NCBI GenBank assembly: GCA_045646345.1
Contig: JAZRKN010000001.1
Location: 192,001-256,000 of the forward strand
Origin: Candidatus Scatovivens sp.
GTDB lineage: Bacteria > Bacillota > Clostridia > TANB77 > CAG-508
Length of the DNA stretch: 64,000 nt
Direction of reading: 5' to 3'
In this document: positions 50,271 through 59,016 of the stretch, one piece after another
Layout: each line of letters opens with the position of its first letter
How positions within the stretch are numbered: position 1 is the stretch's first letter
Position numbers and translations under genes: made by a program
The notes under the pieces: generated by a model
What the model was told of the DNA's origin: nothing
Seen by the model: the letters and a program-made list of their open reading frames with translations, nothing else
Database searches by the model: none

Positions 50271-51794
50271 TTAGCTAAATAATTTTATTTTTCTTCTTTG
50301 TTTTACTTCCAAAGTTTTTTTAGTTATATTTACTTTTTTTCTTCCTTGTTTTTCAATAATGTCTTTATCGAAAACTCTTATTAACAAGCCATTCTCATCA
50401 GAATCAAAATATAACTTTGTTTTTTCTATTTCCATAATCTTAGTATCTATAGCATATTTTATAATTTCAAAATTCAAATTTATATCCATGCTAAGAATTC
50501 GAATAGCACCCATTTTGCAAAGCATTGTTATTGCTTTTTTCATAATCTTATCTACTTCATTATTTATTTCTTCTATTTCAACAATTGATTTTCCTTTTGA
50601 AAATCTCAAAGTCTTATAATATCTTAATTGATATAAAACATCTAATATTTCATCTCTTGTCTTCATTTTACTCATTCTCTTATCAATAAATGCTAAAAAT
50701 TGTTTTTGATTTTCAATAAGAATTTCTTCAAATGATTGTTTTGATGTATATATTTCATAAGATTTCATTAAAGCATCTTTTCTTTTGGTATAGTTTTCTG
50801 ATTTCAAAAGATAATCTATATCTTCGATTTCTTTTACTATTTTTTCTCTTTCATTTTCAAGCAAACTTTTATATCTCTTTAATGATTTTATTTTTTTCGT
50901 GCCGATATCTTTTGAGTTTATTTTTATAAATTCTTTTTCTAATAATTCTGGATCGTCTAAAACTTTATCGAATTTAGCAATTCTTTTTTCAAATTTTTGT
51001 TTTTTTATTTTTATTTCTTCAATATATTTAGGCTTGTCTTTCATCTTCTTTAAAAGTTTAATATCTTCTCTAAACTTTAAAGTTAATTGTTCTTTTTCTT
51101 TTGTAGAACTGTTAAGATATATTAATTTATAAAGATTATCCAAATATTTTTCATTACCTGTAAAATATTTAATATATTTTTTTGCTTCTTCTATAAAATC
51201 TCGTCTTGTAGAACCGTATATTCTCCATTCATACAAAAATTTTTCGCCTAATATTACAAGTAAATTTTGATAAATTAAATTATCTATATAAGTATATTTT
51301 TTATTGAAAGTCTTTTCCCAAGACCATCCTGTAAAATCAGATAATATCTCTACATTATTTTGTACGTAACCATTAACCAAAACATTTTGCATTTGTTTTT
51401 TAAAAGAAAATTCTTGATTTATATAAAAATATTTTGGAGATATTTCTGAAATTGCATAAAGTAATGATATTTCAGTTGGATATGTTAATATACTTCTCTC
51501 TTTTTCATTCGTTAGAGCTCTAACATCATTCTTTATAAGCATTTTAGCCTGATCGGAATCAGGCTCTACAGTTTTTACATTATCACAATATAATCTTATA
51601 ACTTCAATAAGTTCGTTTAAAAAATCTTCTTTCGTTCTCACACATTTTTTTACTTGCATAAAATCTGTATAAGATATTTCTATTTTATAAATCATACTAA
51701 AAAGAAGGTTTTTTATGTTCGACGAAAAATATTTTCTATCTAATATTTCTTCTAGCTCTATATTATAGTCTTTTAGTTTAGAAAATAGCCCCAT
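50271..51794 (-). CDS. Hypothetical coiled-coil protein
   Basis: 507-aa ORF, GGAGG RBS, co-oriented with ftsK. Confidence 0.7.
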   Translation of the reverse strand: MGLFSKLKDYNIELEEILDRKYFSSNIKNLLFSMIYKIEISYTDFMQVKKCVRTKEDFLNELIEVIRLYCDNVKTVEPDSDQAKMLIKNDVRALTNEKERSILTYPTEISLLYAISEISPKYFYINQEFSFKKQMQNVLVNGYVQNNVEILSDFTGWSWEKTFNKKYTYIDNLIYQNLLVILGEKFLYEWRIYGSTRRDFIEEAKKYIKYFTGNEKYLDNLYKLIYLNSSTKEKEQLTLKFREDIKLLKKMKDKPKYIEEIKIKKQKFEKRIAKFDKVLDDPELLEKEFIKINSKDIGTKKIKSLKRYKSLLENEREKIVKEIEDIDYLLKSENYTKRKDALMKSYEIYTSKQSFEEILIENQKQFLAFIDKRMSKMKTRDEILDVLYQLRYYKTLRFSKGKSIVEIEEINNEVDKIMKKAITMLCKMGAIRILSMDINLNFEIIKYAIDTKIMEIEKTKLYFDSDENGLLIRVFDKDIIEKQGRKKVNITKKTLEVKQRRKIKLFS

Positions 51795-51816
51795 AAAAAA
51801 ACCTCCTTTGTATATT

Positions 51817-54324
51817 TTATTCTTCTGTTTCAGCCTCTACTGGTGGCTGTGCCATTTTTAATTCATTCCATCTTTCCATTGTAATCAATGCTCTTCTTGG
51901 TTTACTTCCTTCATAACCAGAAATAATTCCTCTAGCCTCCATTTGGTCAATTATTCTTCCTGCTCTTGCATATCCTACTTTAAATCTTCTTTGAATAAAC
52001 GACGTTGAAGCTTGACCTGTCTCTACAGCTAATTCTATTGCATCCATTAAAAATGGATCCATATCATCTTCTTCAGCTTCTTGCTCTTTTTGTCCATCAG
52101 ATTTATTTGATTTTTCAATTTCTTCTAATATATCTTCATTATATGTTGCAACACCATTTGATTTAACAAAATCAACAACTTTTTCTACTTCTCCATCAGA
52201 TACAAATGCCCCTTGAACTCTAACTGGTTTAGATGCACTTGCTGGATAATAAAGCATATCACCTTTTCCTAAAAGTTTTTCAGCTCCTACTTGGTCTAGA
52301 ATTGTTCTTGAGTCAATTTGTGAAGAAACAGCAAACGCAATTCTTGAAGGAACATTTGCTTTAATCAAACCAGTAATAACATCTACAGATGGTCTTTGTG
52401 TAGCTATTACTAAGTGCATTCCAGCAGCTCTAGCTTTTTGAGCTAATCTACAAATAGAATCCTCAACTTCTTTGGCTGCAACCATCATTAAGTCAGCAAG
52501 CTCGTCTATAATAATTACTATTTGTGGTAATTTTCCTAGTGAATTCTCATCTTTTTCAACAACAGCATTATATCCTTTTAAATCTCTAACACCTTTTTCT
52601 GCAAATAAATTGTATCTATGATCCATCTCTTGAACTGCCCATGCTAATGCACCAGCTGCTTTTCTTGGATCTGTTACTACAGGAATTAAAAGATGTGGTA
52701 TTCCATTATATACAGATAATTCTACTACTTTAGGATCAACCATTACCATCTTTACTTCGCTTGGTTTTGCATTATAAATAATACTTGTTATTATTGTATT
52801 AATACAAACTGATTTACCAGAACCTGTAGAACCAGCTATTAAAACGTGAGGCATTTTTGCAATATCTGCTAAAACAATATTTCCTGCTACGTCTTTTCCT
52901 AAAGCTACTGTTAATTTTGATTTATTATCTTCAAATTCTTCACTTTCAATAACATCACGAAGTGGAACTGATTCTTTTTCTTTATTTGGAATCTCAATAC
53001 CTACAGCTTGTTTCCCTGGTATTGGAGCTTCAATTCTTATACTTTCTGCTGCTAAGTTTAATGCAATATCGTCAGAAAGATTTGCTATTTTACTTACTCT
53101 AACACCTTCAGCTGGTTTAAGTTCATATCTTGTTATAGCTGGTCCAACAGAAATATTTTCAACTTTTGCAGATACACCAAAACTATGTAACGTTCTTTGT
53201 AATTGTGTCGCTTTTTCTGTTAAAGCTTTTGCTCCTGCTTTATTTGCTTTTTTTGCATTTCTTCCTAGAATACTAATTGGTGGATATTCATAGTTTTCTT
53301 CTTCAGCTTCTACTGCTTGAGTATGTGTTAAATTCAAAACAGCTTTTGTATTTTCTTCTTTATGTTCTTTTTCTATTGTGAACATTCCATCATCTTTAAT
53401 ACAAGATTGTTTATTAGCTTGTACCTCATTAGCTTTTGCTGTATTTTTATAAATGTTTGCATCTATAACATCTGGATTACTGTCTTGCTCATCATTTCTT
53501 TTGAATTTACTAAATAATCCGTTTTTTCCTTTTTCTTCTTCAATTCCTATATTTTGTTTTTCACCATTTAAATTGATTGTAATTTCATCTTCATTAATAC
53601 TTGATGAAGCTGCATTTTTATTTCTTTTTCCGCCCAAATCCATTTCCATCTGTCCAACATCATTAAAGTTTTTAAGTTTTTGTTCTTTTCTTACCATTCT
53701 TTGTTCACGTCTTTGGTTTAAAGCTTCATCTCTTTCTTCTCTTCTTGCATTCATTTCATCCATGATATCTAACATTAATTCTGATGGGTGAAGACCAAAT
53801 GTAAATACACAAAGAACAGCCACTATACCTGCAGTAGTAATAGCAGCTCCGAACATTCCTAATAATTTAATTAATGGATAAGCAATTACAGCGCCAACAG
53901 TTCCACCACCAATATTTTTAACACCTAAATCGTATGAAACTTCTATAATATCAGTAAATTCCAAATCAATATTAATAATCCCTTTTGAAATTTGATATAT
54001 CGACATAGTTGCTGCAACACATGACAGTAATACCGCATATTGAACAAGTTTTGATGCAATATATCCTCTATCATCTTTAGCAATACACACAGCCAATGCC
54101 ATAAAACCTATAGGAATTAAATATTTGATAAAACCTATTATTCCACCTAATGCAGGACTTAAAATTTCACCTATTGCTCCTTTTTCTCCATATATTAAAA
54201 CAAATAATAATATACTAACAATAAATAATACTATTACCGCTAAATCTATATTAATACCTGTTTTTTTTCTTGAACTATTTCCTTTATTTTTTCCATTATT
54301 TGTCTTTTTTCTTTTTCTTCCCAA
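51817..54324 (-). CDS. ftsK: DNA translocase FtsK/SpoIIIE
   Basis: N-terminal TM helices, AGSTGSGKS, IDELADLMM, ATQRPSVDV, gamma domain RAGRIIDQME. Confidence 0.97.
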   Translation of the reverse strand: MGRKRKKTNNGKNKGNSSRKKTGINIDLAVIVLFIVSILLFVLIYGEKGAIGEILSPALGGIIGFIKYLIPIGFMALAVCIAKDDRGYIASKLVQYAVLLSCVAATMSIYQISKGIINIDLEFTDIIEVSYDLGVKNIGGGTVGAVIAYPLIKLLGMFGAAITTAGIVAVLCVFTFGLHPSELMLDIMDEMNARREERDEALNQRREQRMVRKEQKLKNFNDVGQMEMDLGGKRNKNAASSSINEDEITINLNGEKQNIGIEEEKGKNGLFSKFKRNDEQDSNPDVIDANIYKNTAKANEVQANKQSCIKDDGMFTIEKEHKEENTKAVLNLTHTQAVEAEEENYEYPPISILGRNAKKANKAGAKALTEKATQLQRTLHSFGVSAKVENISVGPAITRYELKPAEGVRVSKIANLSDDIALNLAAESIRIEAPIPGKQAVGIEIPNKEKESVPLRDVIESEEFEDNKSKLTVALGKDVAGNIVLADIAKMPHVLIAGSTGSGKSVCINTIITSIIYNAKPSEVKMVMVDPKVVELSVYNGIPHLLIPVVTDPRKAAGALAWAVQEMDHRYNLFAEKGVRDLKGYNAVVEKDENSLGKLPQIVIIIDELADLMMVAAKEVEDSICRLAQKARAAGMHLVIATQRPSVDVITGLIKANVPSRIAFAVSSQIDSRTILDQVGAEKLLGKGDMLYYPASASKPVRVQGAFVSDGEVEKVVDFVKSNGVATYNEDILEEIEKSNKSDGQKEQEAEEDDMDPFLMDAIELAVETGQASTSFIQRRFKVGYARAGRIIDQMEARGIISGYEGSKPRRALITMERWNELKMAQPPVEAETEE

Positions 54325-54444
54325 GTTTACATCCTCCTAAAAAGATACTACTTTACATAGTATATCTTAAGTTTATTTGCAAGCTTTAAAAAGCCAGAAT
54401 CAGAATCAATAATTTGTTTAATTGATTTTGATTCTGGCTTTTAT

Positions 54445-54924
54445 TTATTTAAGCTCTTTTCTATTATTTTGAATTGTTTCTAAAGCGTTTTGAATTGACA
54501 TCTCAACTCCACTTAAAGTTTTGCCAAGTTCTAACATATTATTTTCAATATTTGCTAATATTCCATCAACATATGTAGTTGTTCCTTGAGTAATTTCTCT
54601 ATACATTTCATTTGCATCAGCTATAATTTCAGTTTTCTTATCATATGCTTTTCTTGTTATTTCATGTTCATCAATCATAGATATTATTCTATTTTCTGCT
54701 TCTTTAACTATATCATCAGCATCTTTTTGTGCTTCATTTATAATTCTTTCACGTTCTTCTTTTATCCATTTTGCTTGTTTCAATTCATCTGGTAATTTTA
54801 AACGTATTTCTTTTATTATATCTAAAAACTGTTCTTTTTCTATGATACTTTTGTCAGTAAATGGTAGTGATCTACTTTTTTCTAAAATATCCTCTAATGT
54901 TTCTAGTAATGTAAAGATTTCCAT
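54445..54924 (-). CDS. Conserved coiled-coil protein usually found downstream of rsmD-coaD
   Basis: LEDILE...IR.KLPDELKQAKWI.EERERI. Confidence 0.8.
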   Translation of the reverse strand: MEIFTLLETLEDILEKSRSLPFTDKSIIEKEQFLDIIKEIRLKLPDELKQAKWIKEERERIINEAQKDADDIVKEAENRIISMIDEHEITRKAYDKKTEIIADANEMYREITQGTTTYVDGILANIENNMLELGKTLSGVEMSIQNALETIQNNRKELK

Positions 54925-54997
54925 TATTTAATCTTCCTTTCTTGAGGTACAAAACGTATCTTTTGTTTACATTTTAATCTCTTATTATTCCTATTTG

Positions 54998-55561
54998 TTA
55001 TACTTTTTTTGAATACAAAAATAGGAGATATACTCTTCCGTATTTTTTTATATCATTTATCTCAAGTAATTCTGTATCTAAGTTTTTGATTACTCTTTCC
55101 TTATCATCTGTTTCTAAAATTATTAATCCATCTTCTTTTAAAAGATTTTCATTAATAATTATATGGGCTGCATTTTCAGCGAAATCAGTTTTATAAGGCG
55201 GATCTAAAAATACAATATCGAATTTTATGTTTTTATTTTTTAATTCTTCCAAAGCTTTTTTATAATCACAATTTAGTAATACTGTTTTTTCTTTAGTTTT
55301 TGTCTTTTCTATATTTTGGTTAATTATTTTTATAGCATCTCTTGATTGGTCGCATAAAAAGATTTTTTCAGCGCCTCTACTTAAAGACTCTAATCCTAAA
55401 GCACCACTTCCAGCAAACAAATCTAGTACAATTGAATCTGGTAAAATGTAATTAATTTTACTGAAAAGTGCTTCTTTTACTCTGTCTAAAGTGGGTCTAG
55501 TATTTTCACCTTCTAGAGTAAATAGTTTAGTACCTCTCATAGTTCCACTTATAATCCTCAT
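54998..55561 (-). CDS. rsmD: 16S rRNA (guanine966-N2)-methyltransferase
   Basis: MRIISG, TRPTLDRVKEALF, DLFAGSG, DPPY. Confidence 0.96.
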   Translation of the reverse strand: MRIISGTMRGTKLFTLEGENTRPTLDRVKEALFSKINYILPDSIVLDLFAGSGALGLESLSRGAEKIFLCDQSRDAIKIINQNIEKTKTKEKTVLLNCDYKKALEELKNKNIKFDIVFLDPPYKTDFAENAAHIIINENLLKEDGLIILETDDKERVIKNLDTELLEINDIKKYGRVYLLFLYSKKV

Positions 55562-55721
55562 ACGACTCCTATAATACTTATACTATATATAACTATTTTA
55601 TTCTAAAAATCTTATAAGTCAATAAGATTAACAAAAATGTAATACAGACTTAATTCTTTTGTAATAGAATGTCACAAACAAAAAAAGCCTTTGTTCAAAG
55701 GCTTTTTTATATCATTTTATA

Positions 55722-56171
55722 TTATTCTTCAGACTCTTTATCTTGTAATAATTCTAATTGTGAAATTAGTAAAGCTTCCATTTTTGCTTTATAAACACTG
55801 AATTGTCTTTTTAATTCTTCAGTTCTTCTTCTAATTTCAAATTCTTCTTTTGTTATTTCCTCTGTTGCTTTTCTCGCTTCACTTTGAGCATCTCTTATAA
55901 TTTGTTCTGCTCTTGATTGAGCGTTCATTTTGATATCTTCTGCTGTCGTTTGAGCCATAACCAAAGTATTTTGTAATGTTCTTTCTACATTTCTATAATG
56001 TTCTAAATCCCTCTTACTCTCCTCAATTTGAGCTCTTAATTCAGCATTTTCTTTATATAATCTTTCATAGTCTATAGTAAGTTCATCAAGGAATGCATCT
56101 ACTTCTGCATCATCATATCCTTTGAATTTTGTAGGAAATTTTTTATTTTCAATATCTAAAGGTGTAAGCAT
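55722..56171 (-). CDS. divIVA: Cell division protein DivIVA
   Basis: MLTPLDIENKKF...GYD..EVDAFL, coiled coil. Confidence 0.93.
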   Translation of the reverse strand: MLTPLDIENKKFPTKFKGYDDAEVDAFLDELTIDYERLYKENAELRAQIEESKRDLEHYRNVERTLQNTLVMAQTTAEDIKMNAQSRAEQIIRDAQSEARKATEEITKEEFEIRRRTEELKRQFSVYKAKMEALLISQLELLQDKESEE

Positions 56172-56193
56172 AGTTTTCCCTCCTAATTATTTG

Positions 56194-56673
56194 TTATTTT
56201 ATCCATGAAGCAGAAAATTTGCTTTCGATTTTCTCTTTAGTAATTTCGTTAACAATATCATAGTTATATGGAGCTACAACAAATATAGAATTAGATACTT
56301 TTTCCATATTTCCATCTAATGCTTTTACTGCACCACAAACAACATCTACAATTCTTCTAGCAACATCTTTGCTAACGTATTCTAGATTTATAACAACCGC
56401 ATTTTTTTCTTTTAATTGCATAACAATTTCATCAGCTTGATCAAAATTTGTTGGTTTTGCTATTTTCATTCTTATTTGTTGTGGTTGAGGCATTGATACC
56501 ACTTTACTCTTTGGTTTAAATATATTAAATGATTCTCTTTCAGCTTCTTCTTCGCCTTCATAATCATCTACATAATCAGCATTATATACATTCTCATCGT
56601 ATTCTTCTTGAGAATCCTCTTGTTCTCCCCATATAAAATCAACTATTTTCTTTATTGATGATGTTCCTGCCAT
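56194..56673 (-). CDS. sepF: Cell division protein SepF
   Basis: VVINLE, ARRIVD..CGAV.ALDG, IFVVAP. Confidence 0.92.
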   Translation of the reverse strand: MAGTSSIKKIVDFIWGEQEDSQEEYDENVYNADYVDDYEGEEEAERESFNIFKPKSKVVSMPQPQQIRMKIAKPTNFDQADEIVMQLKEKNAVVINLEYVSKDVARRIVDVVCGAVKALDGNMEKVSNSIFVVAPYNYDIVNEITKEKIESKFSASWIK

Positions 56674-56860
56674 TTTTTCTACAGACCTCCTAAAATTTTC
56701 TTTTCATTCGTAGCTTAATATGTATATAGTATCTAACTATTTATAAATATTGTCAAGCGTTTTTAAGTAAAATACACAAATGTTATATAAAAGTAATTTT
56801 GCTGTAATTTTCTGTTAATTTTTTGTTATGCTTTGTAATTTTTTTGTAACTTTTTAATGA

Positions 56861-58096
56861 CTAATACGATAAAATTTCATCATATAGTTTTAATTTTCCC
56901 ATCTCTGAAATTTCATCTTCTGTATATCCTAATTCTCTCAATTCACTATCTTCATATCTAATTACAATTGAATACGCTTCATTTTGTCTCAATACTTTTA
57001 TTGGAACTTTTTCTTTGTATCCGATCTTATTTTTTTCGATATATGATATTTCATTATCTCCTTTTGTCTCTTCTAATATACATCCATTACTTATTTTCAA
57101 TCCTGTATATTTCCACCATATAATATCAAATGATATTTTTCTATATTCTAATAATTCTGCAATTTTTTCTTCTATTTTAAATACCAAAATTCTATTATTT
57201 TCTTCTTCTTTTATATACACTATTTCTGCTTCAAGTTCTTCAGATGTTGATAATCTTATTGTAACTTTATCTCCTACTTTTGAATTTAAAGCTTTTTCTG
57301 TATTAATTGAAGTTGCAATAAAACATTCAAAATTATCTACTATTTTTCCTTTTTCATTATTAAGTGGAGTGCTAGCACCTACATTCAACTCAAAGCTATT
57401 TAAAAGTTCTGTAGTTAAATAATCAAAATTATCTACTTTTAATACATCTTCCAAACCATCAATTCTATAAGATGCTATTCCTGAATTTGGTGCATGTATT
57501 ATTTCAGATTCTTGTTCTAACTGTTTTTCTAAAACATCTCTTTGATTTGTCAATGTTTTTATATATGAATCTTCTGGACTTAATGCTCCAGTTATTTTAG
57601 CCTTCTTAGATATATATGCTTCAATTTTATTTTTATTCTCTTGAATTTGTTGTAAATAATTAACATTGTGAATTGAATCTAGAGAATCTTCAATTTGAGA
57701 ATTCAAACTTGGTATATCACTTGATACAATATTGATACCACTATTTGCAATTATTTCATTTATTTCTTCATCTAACTTATCAATTTGTTTGGTAATAGTT
57801 TCTTCGCTACTTGAATAGTATCTAAAAACAATTTGTGATTTCGCAGCTCTTTCACCATCAGAAAGAACCTTTATCATTCCATTCTTGTAGTTTTCTCCCT
57901 GTAACACAACTTCCTCTCTAAGTAAATAACCTTCTGCAGGTTCCTCTGAATAAAGAGAACCATTTGTAACTACAACAACCTCATTAGAATTTTTCAAAAT
58001 CTTTGTACTATTTGTTACTAAATAAATAATAAACAACATACAAACGGCTGTTATCAATATTCTTTTTATACCAGCTTTTCTTCCCGTATCTTTCAC
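56861..58096 (-). CDS. HlyD-like membrane fusion/adaptor protein
   Basis: N-terminal TM helix, DGERAAK, coiled coil, AP.SGI.SY.IDGLE, GLKIS. Confidence 0.75.
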   Translation of the reverse strand: MKDTGRKAGIKRILITAVCMLFIIYLVTNSTKILKNSNEVVVVTNGSLYSEEPAEGYLLREEVVLQGENYKNGMIKVLSDGERAAKSQIVFRYYSSSEETITKQIDKLDEEINEIIANSGINIVSSDIPSLNSQIEDSLDSIHNVNYLQQIQENKNKIEAYISKKAKITGALSPEDSYIKTLTNQRDVLEKQLEQESEIIHAPNSGIASYRIDGLEDVLKVDNFDYLTTELLNSFELNVGASTPLNNEKGKIVDNFECFIATSINTEKALNSKVGDKVTIRLSTSEELEAEIVYIKEEENNRILVFKIEEKIAELLEYRKISFDIIWWKYTGLKISNGCILEETKGDNEISYIEKNKIGYKEKVPIKVLRQNEAYSIVIRYEDSELRELGYTEDEISEMGKLKLYDEILSY

Positions 58097-59013
58097 TATA
58101 ACTCCTCTAAAATAATATTAACATTATCTTTCATATCATTTTGACTATCTAACCATATAGTTTCTTTATTTTTTCTAAACCAAGTAAGTTGACGTTTTGC
58201 ATATCTTCTTGATTCTTGTTTTATTTTTTCAATCATTTCTTCTCGAGTTAAAATTCCATCAAAGTATTCTACAACTTCTTTATATCCTAGTCCTTGCATT
58301 GCTGTTGGAAATTCATTATATTTTTCTAACAAATTTCTTACTTCAGCTTCTAAACCTTTTTCTATCATAATATCTACTCTAAGATTTATTCTATTATAAA
58401 GTTTTTCTCTATCCATTGTAATTCCAAAAACTTTATAATCATATTTAACTCCATTTTGTCTTGATAAAATTTCTTGTTCAGTTTTATTTTTACCAGTTGC
58501 TTTATAAATTTCTAAGACTCTTACAATTCTTTTTTTATCGTTTTTACTAATTTTAGTCATAGCTTCTGGATCAATTCTATTTGCCTCATCCCAAAGGATT
58601 TTTAATCCTTCTTCTGATTCAGCTTTTTCCATAAGTTCGTTTCTATATTCTTCATCAAAATTCATATCTTGATATTCAATACCATATATTAACGAATTCA
58701 CATACAATCCAGTTCCTCCAACTACAATCGGAGTTTTGCCTTTTTCTAAAATTTCTTTTATCGCATTTTCAGCATCTCTTTTAAAATCTGAGACAGTGTA
58801 TCTCTCATCTGGAGATACACAATCTACTAAATAATGTTTTATACCTTCAGCTTCTTCTTTTGTAACTTTAGCAGTACCTATATCCATATCTTTATAAATT
58901 TGCATTGAATCTGATGAAATAATTTCTCCATCTATTTTTTTTGCAAGCTCTATTGATAGTGCCGTTTTACCTGACGCTGTTGGTCCTACTATAACTACAA
59001 CTTTAGGTTTCAT
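58096..59013 (-). CDS. miaA: tRNA dimethylallyltransferase
   Basis: GPTASGKT, DSMQIY..MDIGTAK, VGGTGLY, YAKRQLTWF. Confidence 0.97.
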   Translation of the reverse strand: MKPKVVVIVGPTASGKTALSIELAKKIDGEIISSDSMQIYKDMDIGTAKVTKEEAEGIKHYLVDCVSPDERYTVSDFKRDAENAIKEILEKGKTPIVVGGTGLYVNSLIYGIEYQDMNFDEEYRNELMEKAESEEGLKILWDEANRIDPEAMTKISKNDKKRIVRVLEIYKATGKNKTEQEILSRQNGVKYDYKVFGITMDREKLYNRINLRVDIMIEKGLEAEVRNLLEKYNEFPTAMQGLGYKEVVEYFDGILTREEMIEKIKQESRRYAKRQLTWFRKNKETIWLDSQNDMKDNVNIILEEL

Positions 59014-59016
59014 TTT